64,000 nt of DNA from a bacterium (GTDB lineage: Bacteria > Patescibacteriota > Minisyncoccia > JAHIHE01). A program made the position numbers and the translations under genes. Below are positions 1-8,140 of this stretch, piece after piece. Numbering within the stretch: position 1 is the stretch's first letter; every line of letters starts with the position of its first letter. The stretch lies in NCBI GenBank assembly GCA_030693205.1, contig JAUYBG010000005.1, positions 9,017 to 73,016 on the forward strand, read 5' to 3'. Below the pieces are notes generated by a model. It was not told where the DNA came from. It saw only the letters and a list, made by a program, of their open reading frames with translations, and ran no database searches.

Positions 1-898
1 CTTCGGCGTAAATATTAAAAGTGGGGTAATTTCCTTTCCAGGTGTTTTTGTCGGCGAAGTTGGCTGTTACTTTGAATTTTTTATCAGTGGCGGCAACACA
101 GGAAGATAATTTAGTTTTGTTTACACTTGCTTTCGTAAGACAGGTTGCCGAGTCTCCGCTTGTGCTTTCAATAAAACATTTTAAATAGTTATTAAATTTT
201 GCGGGTTCGTTTGTTTTGATGCAGTATTGGCTAAGCTCTTCCTGTAATTCTTTTTCCCCATGCATGGCATAATCAGTGAATTTAATATCAAAGTTTATTT
301 TATTTCCAAGAGCGCTGACTACAGGAAGAATTCCTTTTTCAATTTGCGTGCCATAAGGGCAGTGGCTCATAACAAAGAGCTCCACTTCCGGTTTGTCGCT
401 TTTTACCAATTCGGTTTGAGCGGCAGAATTAGATTGAGCCGCGTTTTTTTTATCATTTTCCGTTTTTTCTATATCCACGGCTTGAGGAAAAAATATTTTT
501 CCGTCCTTGGTCATGTAAGCGTCAATATCGTTTCCCGAACCGGTATTGACGGCGATTTTGTAAAGGCCGTTTTTTTCCTCAGCTCCTTTTATCGTGATTT
601 TGCTTCCCGGAGCCATAAGATTTTTGTTAATAAAAGTTTCAGCTTTTATTTTGGCTTGTTCCAATGTGATGGGATTTTTTATTGATCCGTTTTTAATAAG
701 AGGGGATAGTTTTAAGGAAACTATTCCGGTCGCCAAAATAGCCATGATAAAGAAACCCGCCAAAAATCCTTTGGAAAAGCTTTTATTGTCGAATAATTTT
801 TTCTTTTTTTTCTCAAGGGTTAATTCGAACACTGTTTCATCTGTCCTTTTGTGTGTTTCGTGACCGACACTTTTATGGTTTTCTTTCTTTGTTTCCAT
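1..898 (-). CDS. Membrane-anchored thioredoxin-fold (DsbA-like) protein, runs off the window edge
   Basis: Read by hand (not in ORF track): ATG at 898, open to base 1; N-terminal TM (GFLAGFFIMAILATGI); KSDKPEVELFVMSHCPYG single-Cys thioredoxin-like motif; several further Cys. Confidence 0.7.
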   Translation of the reverse strand, partial: METKKENHKSVGHETHKRTDETVFELTLEKKKKKLFDNKSFSKGFLAGFFIMAILATGIVSLKLSPLIKNGSIKNPITLEQAKIKAETFINKNLMAPGSKITIKGAEEKNGLYKIAVNTGSGNDIDAYMTKDGKIFFPQAVDIEKTENDKKNAAQSNSAAQTELVKSDKPEVELFVMSHCPYGTQIEKGILPVVSALGNKINFDIKFTDYAMHGEKELQEELSQYCIKTNEPAKFNNYLKCFIESTSGDSATCLTKASVNKTKLSSCVAATDKKFKVTANFADKNTWKGNYPTFNIYAE

Positions 899-989
899 AT
901 TTTTTATTTTATTTTTTTTATAACCGATAATGCATAGATTATAGCACAAAGCTTTTTTTTTGAAAAGATTTCGGTTTTTTAAAAAAACT

Positions 990-1018
990 AAAAAGCCCTT
1001 CCTTAGGAAGGGCTTTTT
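990..1018. terminator. Intrinsic terminator after the DEAD helicase
   Basis: AAAAAGCCCTTCC-TTA-GGAAGGGCTTTTT perfect hairpin with A/T tails. Confidence 0.85.
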
Positions 1019-1032
1019 ATATGGAGTAAGTT

Positions 1033-2370
1033 CTACCATTTTTTAGTTTTAAATTTAAATTTGGATCTTTTGCGGTGATTTCCAAAATTTTCAAAAGATT
1101 TTGATGGTTCTTGCGATCCGCCATGAGATCTGCCTCGTGATTTGCCCCAGGGTTTTGCGCTTTGTTTTTCTTGCGAAGCAAAAGGATGCGTCTGAATGCG
1201 TGTTGCTCCGGTTTGCCGGAAGCTTCCCTGAAATCCGCCAGGCTGAGCTTGAGGTCTCGGTAAATTCGGCAGAGGAGAAACTGGCAATTGTTTTTTGATA
1301 AGGCGTTCAATGGTTTTAATATCAAATCTTTGGTTGGGCGTGGCAAAAGAGATCGCGTGTCCCGAATGTCCGGCGCGTCCGGTGCGGCCGATGCGGTGCA
1401 CATAGTCTTCGGGATTTTCCGGCAAGTCAAAGTTTACCACCAGTTCAATATTGGTGACATCAATGCCGCGGGCGGCAATGTCGGTAGCCACTAAAACTCG
1501 GAAAGCTCCGGTTTTAAATCCGGACAGCGCTTTCAGTCTCTGGCTCAGGCTGCGATTAGAATGAATTTCAGCCGCGGTGTGTCCCATGCCTCTGATGGTA
1601 TAAGCGATTTTTTTCGCGCCATGTTTTGTCCGGGAAAAAACCAGAGTGCTTCCTTTATGTTCTTTTAAAACCGTTTCCAATAAAGATAATTTTGATTCTT
1701 TTTGGACAAAGAAAATTTCATGCGTGACGTTGGTTGCCGCCGTGCCTTGAGGAGCCACCTCGACTCTTATCGGGAGCTTCATGTAAGAATTAGCCAGAGC
1801 GACGATCTTTGGCGGCATGGTCGCGGAAAAAAGCATGGTTTGCCGATCGCGCGGCACAGTCTGCAATATCTTGTTTATCTGCGGCGCAAATCCGATATCC
1901 AGCATATGATCAGCTTCATCGAGCACTAAAATTACCACATTGTTCAGGCTGACCGTTCTTTGTTCAAGGTGATCAATAAGCCGGCCGGGGGTGGCGATAA
2001 TAATATGAGGATCCCGGCTCAAGGCCCGGTTTTGGTGGAACATTTTTTCTCCGCCGATCAATACCGCGGTTCTTAAACTTAAAGGCCTGCCAATTTTATC
2101 AATCGCTTCATTTACTTGCAAAGCCAGCTCTCTGGTCGGAAGCAAGATAAGCCCTTTACCTTTTAAAGTTGCCAGCCGCTGGATCATTGGAATGCCAAAA
2201 GCCAGAGTTTTGCCGGTTCCGGTTTGAGCAATACCTACGATATCTTTTCCCGTCAGCGCGGGAGGGATAGATTGAAATTGTATCGGAGTTGGCGCGGTAA
2301 ATTTTAGCGCATCCAATATTTCTAAAATTTTTGGCGCAATGCCAAGTCCGTCGAATGTTGTTGGTGTCAT
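1033..2370 (-). CDS. DEAD-box RNA helicase (RhlE-like)
   Basis: Q motif, AQTGTGKT, PTRELA, DEAD, SAT, ARGID, HRIGRTGRAG; basic tail. Confidence 0.95.
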   Translation of the reverse strand: MTPTTFDGLGIAPKILEILDALKFTAPTPIQFQSIPPALTGKDIVGIAQTGTGKTLAFGIPMIQRLATLKGKGLILLPTRELALQVNEAIDKIGRPLSLRTAVLIGGEKMFHQNRALSRDPHIIIATPGRLIDHLEQRTVSLNNVVILVLDEADHMLDIGFAPQINKILQTVPRDRQTMLFSATMPPKIVALANSYMKLPIRVEVAPQGTAATNVTHEIFFVQKESKLSLLETVLKEHKGSTLVFSRTKHGAKKIAYTIRGMGHTAAEIHSNRSLSQRLKALSGFKTGAFRVLVATDIAARGIDVTNIELVVNFDLPENPEDYVHRIGRTGRAGHSGHAISFATPNQRFDIKTIERLIKKQLPVSPLPNLPRPQAQPGGFQGSFRQTGATRIQTHPFASQEKQSAKPWGKSRGRSHGGSQEPSKSFENFGNHRKRSKFKFKTKKW

Positions 2371-2459
2371 ATATTTATAAAAAATTCTGACCCATTCAAA
2401 GTCAGAAATATATACCTAAATATAAGCTGAGAAAGATGAGTCTGTTAATTAGAAACTAC

Positions 2460-2488
2460 ACTATATCATATCTAAATAGGTTTGTCAA
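2460..2488 (-). promoter_or_regulatory. Sigma70-type promoter for the helicase
   Basis: TTGACA-17-TATAGT on the minus strand with TGn extension. Confidence 0.65.
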
Positions 2489-2778
2489 GTCCATTAATAA
2501 TTTTATTTTGAATGGAATTTTGGTCTTGCCGGAAGATAATATAGTTTTTGTTATCATGGGAGCCGTTTTCATATCATATATTTGATTTTAGTGTGTTTAA
2601 TAAAGTTTACCCCGTACGATATTTTATATTCATTTGTGTTGCAAAATAATATTATTTATTTGTTTTGGCGATTTTAATTTTTATTCTTAGCTTATTGTAA
2701 ATTATCGTTTGGAGTTTACTTTTTACACAATTTATGTTATATTTTATATTAAGCAGTTAATAATTAATAAATAAAAAT

Positions 2779-3330
2779 ATGATCGAATATGTATTTTTAG
2801 TAGCGGTATTAGCGATAATTTTGTGGGCTGTTGGCATTTATAATGGCCTTGTAACCTTGAAAAACAGGGTAGACGAAGCCTGGAGCGATATTGATGTTCA
2901 GTTAAAAAGACGGTATGATTTGATCCCGAATCTTATCAATACAGTTAAGGGATATGCGACGCACGAAAAAGAGCTTTTTGAAAAAGTAACTCAAGCTAGA
3001 GCGAATGCGATGAACGCGCAGAGTCCTGAGCAAAAAGCTGGAGCGGAAAATATGCTTACGGGCGCACTTAAGAGCCTGTTCGCGGTTTCGGAAAATTACC
3101 CTCAACTTCGAGCTAGCGAGAATTTCTTGGAATTACAGCGCGAGCTGACTGATACGGAAGACAAAGTTCAGGCTTCCCGCCGATTCTATAACGGTAATGT
3201 GCGCGATTTCAATATCAAGCTTGAAGTTTTTCCGGATATGATTGTGGCCAATATGCTGGCTTATAAGAAGAGGGAATTCTTCGAGATTGCCAACGTGGCG
3301 GAAAAAGAACCGGTGCAAGTGAAATTCTAG
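2779..3330 (+). CDS. lemA: LemA family protein
   Basis: N-terminal TM, YNGLV, WSDIDVQLKRRYDLIPNL, ENYPQL, RRFYN. Confidence 0.95.
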   Translation: MIEYVFLVAVLAIILWAVGIYNGLVTLKNRVDEAWSDIDVQLKRRYDLIPNLINTVKGYATHEKELFEKVTQARANAMNAQSPEQKAGAENMLTGALKSLFAVSENYPQLRASENFLELQRELTDTEDKVQASRRFYNGNVRDFNIKLEVFPDMIVANMLAYKKREFFEIANVAEKEPVQVKF

Positions 3331-3358
3331 TATTCGCTAGTTGCGAAATATGCTGTTT

Positions 3359-3472
3359 TGTCATTTCGAATTCGCCATCAGGCGAAGAGAAATCCCTTAT
3401 TCTTGTTATTTTGTATGTTCAAGGGATTCCTCGTGGAGTTTATCCTGAGGAACCGAAGGGCTCGGAATGACA
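3359..3472. repeat. Palindromic REP/RPE-like element pair
   Basis: TGTCATTTCGA...GAGAAATCCCT and AGGGATTCCTC...TCGGAATGACA are inverted counterparts, each with an inner mini-hairpin. Confidence 0.65.
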
Positions 3473-3505
3473 AAAAGAGAGTATTTCGTGTTTAGAATTA
3501 AAATT

Positions 3506-4756
3506 ATGCCAACTTTATATACCCAATTAGATAAAAATACTCATAATCGTTATATTTTGGGTGTTTTTATTTTTTTATTTTTATTTTTTCAACCGCTGTC
3601 TCTCGATTCATCTTTTTCTGAGACGAAGACTTTCGGCATTAATATAGCAAAAGCGGCTTGTCCGACGGGGTTTGCGGATTGTGATGGAAATTCATTAAAT
3701 GCATGCGAAGTTGATTTATTAACTGATAAAAATAATTGCGGATATTGCGGAGTAAAATGCAATGGCGCCTGTACAAATGGCCAGTGTTTAAAGATTGCGG
3801 GAGGACTTATTTCTTGCGGCAGACTTTCCGATAATTGCGTTACTCCAATCGACGAATCTGCTCCTTGCGGCCTTTGTGCTTTATTTTATATGCTGAAAAA
3901 CATCATTAATTTTGTTATGACCTTGACAATCGGCGTCGGAGTATTTATCCTTGTCATCACCGGACTTCTCTATGCTTTTTCCGCCGGAAATTCTCGAAAG
4001 ATCGAATTGGCTAAATCAGCCGTCACCAGTGCAATTACTGGAATAGCCATTGTTTTTATTGCTTGGCTTGTTATCGCGGTAATTTTGCAAGGAATGGGAT
4101 ACGCTAATATGGCTACATGGAATCAGGTGAATTGTAATATGCCAAGCGCAACCGTAACTTGTGTTTGCGGTGATGGTATTTGGGATCCGGAATTGGGAGA
4201 AAGTTGTGATGGATTGAGCGGGGTAGCTCGCTCGCCGGAAGAAAGTTCCCCTTCTCACCAATATGCTTGTACCGCTAGCTGTACTCCTACTGGCGGATAT
4301 GCCGGGGATGGCATAGTGAACGGACCGGAAATTTGCGATCAAAATAGTCCTATTACAAATGATTGTTCAGGTATATATACGACAGGGCTTCCGGCATGGT
4401 GTACGGGTGTACCGGTTGCGGGGACGCAAACCTGCAACAGCACTAGCACGGATTGGGGCGCTTGTACTGTTTCAGAACCGCTTCCTGTAGGTAGTTCTTC
4501 TACCGCGTGCTCCAGCACAAGTCCGCAAATGAATGATTACGCTTGTTGCGAGCTAGTAAGTTGCACGAAAGACGGATGTGATTGCTGCGGGAGACCTGCG
4601 GGCGCCGCAATACCAGGCGGTTATACAAATGTTCAAAGCTTAAGTCCGTGCGGAACCAGCAATAATAGTTGCAGGTTGAATCAAAGCATTGCTATCCCTA
4701 GAAACTGGACGATAACCACAAATCATACAACAGCCGCTTTTAGATGTTGGGAATAA
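3506..4756 (+). CDS. Cys-rich surface protein with pilin-like (TrbC/VirB2-type) two-TM core
   Basis: Signal-like N-terminus; CPTGFADCDG...NNCGYCG repeat; two TM helices flanking AGNSRKIELAK; CGDG...GESCD disulfide repeats; ATG 3506 preferred over 3467. Confidence 0.65.
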   Translation: MPTLYTQLDKNTHNRYILGVFIFLFLFFQPLSLDSSFSETKTFGINIAKAACPTGFADCDGNSLNACEVDLLTDKNNCGYCGVKCNGACTNGQCLKIAGGLISCGRLSDNCVTPIDESAPCGLCALFYMLKNIINFVMTLTIGVGVFILVITGLLYAFSAGNSRKIELAKSAVTSAITGIAIVFIAWLVIAVILQGMGYANMATWNQVNCNMPSATVTCVCGDGIWDPELGESCDGLSGVARSPEESSPSHQYACTASCTPTGGYAGDGIVNGPEICDQNSPITNDCSGIYTTGLPAWCTGVPVAGTQTCNSTSTDWGACTVSEPLPVGSSSTACSSTSPQMNDYACCELVSCTKDGCDCCGRPAGAAIPGGYTNVQSLSPCGTSNNSCRLNQSIAIPRNWTITTNHTTAAFRCWE

Positions 4757-4771
4757 AATAAACCCAGGTTT

Positions 4772-5563
4772 ATGTTTAATAAAACAATAAAAATTATTAT
4801 AGGAATTATAATATTGGCTTTAGTAGCTTTTGCAATTTTTTTATTTAAAGATACCGAAAACAACAACGGGAACGGGGGGTCAGAAAATATTGTAAATAGA
4901 TTGCCGGAAAGTGAAAATATTGCCAGTATTTTAGAGGAGTTAAAAAATAATCATCCGGAATTTAGCGCTTCGCAATTAGAATTTTATCGCGAAACAGCAA
5001 AGAGCGATAAAGAAATTATTAAACTATGTAAGGGGAGAGGCGATGAAAATGATTGTATCGCTTCGGTAGCTTTTATTAAAGGTGAAAGCGCCGTTTGCGG
5101 CGAAATTGAAAATTCAAAAATACGAATTGAATGCGCGAATGCAATCTTGCAAAGATTGGGCGTGGAAAAGATTGATAAATGTTGGTCTTTTGACGGCTAT
5201 GATCTTATGCACTGTTTGAGGAACATTTTTGTAATGTATGATAAGCCGGAAGATTGTTTAAATTTAAAATCTGAAAAAACGCAGCAAGTGTGCGAAAGCG
5301 TTTTTTATTACGAGATAGCTTTTATACAACATGACGGGGAATTGTGTAAAAAGATTACAAACGAGAAATTAAATCAATATTGCTTTGAAAATGCAGGCGG
5401 TAAATTTCCGGATAGCGATAACGATGGATTAACTGATTATGAAGAAATAAATAAATATCATACCGATCCAGCTAATCCCGATACAGACGGCGATGGCTAT
5501 ACCGACGGCGACGAAGTTAAAAATGGTTTTAATCCATTAGGGGAAGGCAAATTAAAATTCTAA
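4772..5563 (+). CDS. Membrane-anchored protein with Cys repeats and TSP3-like Ca-binding repeats
   Basis: N-terminal TM; periodic C..I/L....C repeats; DSDNDGLTDYEE and DTDGDGYTDGDE. Confidence 0.75.
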   Translation: MFNKTIKIIIGIIILALVAFAIFLFKDTENNNGNGGSENIVNRLPESENIASILEELKNNHPEFSASQLEFYRETAKSDKEIIKLCKGRGDENDCIASVAFIKGESAVCGEIENSKIRIECANAILQRLGVEKIDKCWSFDGYDLMHCLRNIFVMYDKPEDCLNLKSEKTQQVCESVFYYEIAFIQHDGELCKKITNEKLNQYCFENAGGKFPDSDNDGLTDYEEINKYHTDPANPDTDGDGYTDGDEVKNGFNPLGEGKLKF

Positions 5564-5593
5564 TTTGTAGTTGGTAGGAAAATTTTGTTCCTG

Positions 5594-5623
5594 CTACTCA
5601 CTACAACCTACTCACTACTTACT
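5594..5623 (+). repeat. Degenerate 7-mer tandem repeat
   Basis: CTACTCA CTACAAC CTACTCA CTACTTA directly before the htpX ATG; partial inverse (GTAGTTGGTAG) at ~5567. Confidence 0.7.
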
Positions 5624-6523
5624 ATGCCTACTTTATACAATCAAGCTGATAAAAATATACGAAACTCTTATCTGTTAATTACAGCTTTTTTGATATTCGC
5701 GATAGGAGTGGGCTGGGTTTTCAGCCGGGCAATGGATAGCCCCGGCATTTTGGTTTTTGCCGTGATATTCAGCATGATAATGAGTATCAGCAGCTATTGG
5801 TTTTCCGATAAAATTGTTTTGGCCATGAGCGGGGCCAAAGAAATTGATCACGACAGCAATCGCGAGCTTTATCATATCGTGGAAAATCTTTGCATTACGG
5901 CCGGACTTCCTGTGCCGAAAATTTATATTATTGACGACACGGCGCCGAACGCGTTTGCCACCGGCCGCGATCCCCAGCATGCAGTCATCGCGGTAACAAC
6001 AGGAATTTTGCAGAAACTCGAAAAATCCGAACTGGAAGGAGTATTGGCTCACGAATTAAGCCATGTAGGAAACCGCGATATTTTATTTTCCACGATCGTG
6101 GTGATTTTGGTGGGTTTTATTACTTTGCTGGCTGATATGTTTTGGCGATCGTCTTTATTCGGAGGCGGGCGCAGAAACAGGGAAGGCGGCGGGGCGATTA
6201 TGATTATCGCGCTTGTTTTGACAATTTTGGCGCCGATCGTGGCGACTTTGATTCAGTTGGCGATTTCCCGGAAGCGCGAGTTTTTGGCTGATGCCAGTGC
6301 CGCGCTTTTGACACGACATCCCGAAGGATTGGCCAGAGCGCTCGAAAAAATCTCCGGCGACACTGAACCGCTGGAAGTGGCGAACAAAGCCACGGCGCAT
6401 ATGTATATCGTGAATCCTCTGAAAGGCAACGGTAGCGGCCGGAGCTGGTTTGCCAATATGTTTTCCACTCATCCGGCCGTAGAGGAGCGAATTGCGGCGC
6501 TGAGAGGATTGGAAATAAAATAA
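5624..6523 (+). CDS. htpX: Zinc metalloprotease HtpX (M48)
   Basis: PNAFATG, HELSH, SRKREFLAD, FSTHP; ATG 5624 preferred. Confidence 0.95.
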   Translation: MPTLYNQADKNIRNSYLLITAFLIFAIGVGWVFSRAMDSPGILVFAVIFSMIMSISSYWFSDKIVLAMSGAKEIDHDSNRELYHIVENLCITAGLPVPKIYIIDDTAPNAFATGRDPQHAVIAVTTGILQKLEKSELEGVLAHELSHVGNRDILFSTIVVILVGFITLLADMFWRSSLFGGGRRNREGGGAIMIIALVLTILAPIVATLIQLAISRKREFLADASAALLTRHPEGLARALEKISGDTEPLEVANKATAHMYIVNPLKGNGSGRSWFANMFSTHPAVEERIAALRGLEIK

Positions 6524-6549
6524 TTTATTAATTTTTTAAATACAAAAAT

Positions 6550-7431
6550 ATGAAAATAATAGAGAATATCAAATCCAGTATTTACAACTCCGCCTATTAC
6601 AGCGAAATTTTGAATAAGCCGTTTTCTTATTCACTAAAATATTTTTTATCCTTGATATGCTTGATCGCCTTGGTTTCCACTATTATTTTTACTTTTTCAA
6701 CATTGCCGAAAATCAATAAAGTCTTCGACGAGATCGGTTCCAATGTTTTAAATTATTATCCTGAAGAATTGGAAATAACCGTAAAAAATGGAATAATTTC
6801 AACTAATGTTTCGGAGCCGTACTTTATAAAAGCGCCGGCCGAGTTTAAAAATGACAGCAAAAGATCGGACAATAAAACAATAAAAGATGAAATTGATAAT
6901 TTATTGGTTATTGATACCCAGTCGCCTTTGAACCTGGACGCGTTTAAAGATTATAAAACCTTTGTTCTTATAAGCCGCGACAGTATTGCTTATCGCGACT
7001 CGAACGAAGCTATTAAGATCCAATTTTTAAATCAAGAGTTCAATGGAGTTATTACCAAAACGAAAATTTCCTCGGCGCTGAACAAAATTATGCCATATTT
7101 AAAAGTTATACCGCTTGTTTTGGTGCCGCTGGTTTTTGTCGGATCAATTTTAGGCGCTACTATTAAATATCTTATTTATTTGATCTTTGGCGCGCTTGTT
7201 ATCTGGATTATGGCTAAAGCGATGAAAAGGAATTTGAGATTTGGTAAAAGCTATCAGATCGGTATTCACGCGATAACGCTCGGAGTGATCTTGGAAGCGA
7301 CAGTTTTCCGATTTTATCCGAATTTGGAATTTCCTTTATTTTTTACGCTTTTAATGTTTGCGATCGTCTGGATAAATCTTAAATTTTTGCCTAGTGTAAG
7401 CATTCCCATACCGACATTGAAAAAAGATTAA
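6550..7431 (+). CDS. DUF1189-like membrane protein
   Basis: One N-terminal TM, soluble domain, four C-terminal TMs. Confidence 0.6.
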   Translation: MKIIENIKSSIYNSAYYSEILNKPFSYSLKYFLSLICLIALVSTIIFTFSTLPKINKVFDEIGSNVLNYYPEELEITVKNGIISTNVSEPYFIKAPAEFKNDSKRSDNKTIKDEIDNLLVIDTQSPLNLDAFKDYKTFVLISRDSIAYRDSNEAIKIQFLNQEFNGVITKTKISSALNKIMPYLKVIPLVLVPLVFVGSILGATIKYLIYLIFGALVIWIMAKAMKRNLRFGKSYQIGIHAITLGVILEATVFRFYPNLEFPLFFTLLMFAIVWINLKFLPSVSIPIPTLKKD

Positions 7432-7479
7432 CTTAAAGCGTTAATTTTTAAAAACTAATTTTGAACGGAGGTGATAAAA

Positions 7480-7842
7480 ATGGAAACTCAACAAATGCCG
7501 CCGCAAAATACGCCGCCGGTAGCGCCGCAAGCGCCGCTGACTGACGAGCAGGATATCCAGCAGAATAAAATCTGGGCGCTTTTGAGCTATTTGGGAATTT
7601 TGTTTTTAATTCCGCTTTTAGCTAAAAAGGACAGCAAATTCGCTCAATTTCACGCAAAACAGGGAGTGATTTTGTTTGTTATATCGTTTGTTAGCGTTAT
7701 ACCGATAATCGGATGGATGTTATCACCTTTAGTGATATTTGTATTATTTATCGTATCCGTGATTGGTATAATAAATGTTTTGCAGGGTAAATATTGGAAA
7801 ATTCCGGTGATTGGAGATTACGCGGAGAAGATAAATATATAA
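7480..7842 (+). CDS. DUF4870/Tic20-like membrane protein
   Basis: ALLSYLGILFLIPL, FHAKQG, IPVIG; SD GGAGGTG upstream of ATG 7480. Confidence 0.75.
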   Translation: METQQMPPQNTPPVAPQAPLTDEQDIQQNKIWALLSYLGILFLIPLLAKKDSKFAQFHAKQGVILFVISFVSVIPIIGWMLSPLVIFVLFIVSVIGIINVLQGKYWKIPVIGDYAEKINI

Positions 7843-7866
7843 AATTTAATAAAATCTATTGATTCT

Positions 7867-7896
7867 AATACCGCGATATGAAACCCGCGGTATTTT
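7867..7896 (+). terminator. Intrinsic terminator
   Basis: AATACCGCG...CGCGGTATT followed by TT. Confidence 0.6.
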
Positions 7897-7945
7897 GTTG
7901 TAAAATTAAAAGAATATGATATGATTTAAGTAAAGACAATCAAAA

Positions 7946-8111
7946 ACAAAGCGATAAAATATTTGATTTTGAAGCACATTTTATCGCCCTTTGTAAAAAC
8001 TTTTAATAAATTCATTTTTGGGCGATAAAATCTGAGCGAGGTGGAGTTGATGTAGCTATCTGGTATAATTGCGGCCGAGCGTCTGAAAAATTAAGTATTT
8101 TATCGCTTTGT
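7946..8111. repeat. Nested inverted-repeat element (MITE-like)
   Basis: ACAAAGCGATAAAATA pairs with TATTTTATCGCTTTGT; inner ATTTTATCGCCC pairs with GGGCGATAAAAT. Confidence 0.7.
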
Positions 8112-8140
8112 ATAAAATCTGTAGAATTATAAGAAATTTT

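Noticed and set aside
260-863. Plus-strand ORFs 260-685 and 594-863, and the many short antisense/overlapping ORFs in the track
   Set aside because: Shadows of well-supported genes on the other strand or frame; no motifs.
1084-1101. 18-nt match to the islet direct repeat inside the helicase gene
   Set aside because: Very AT-rich, lies in a coding tail, does not extend; probably chance.
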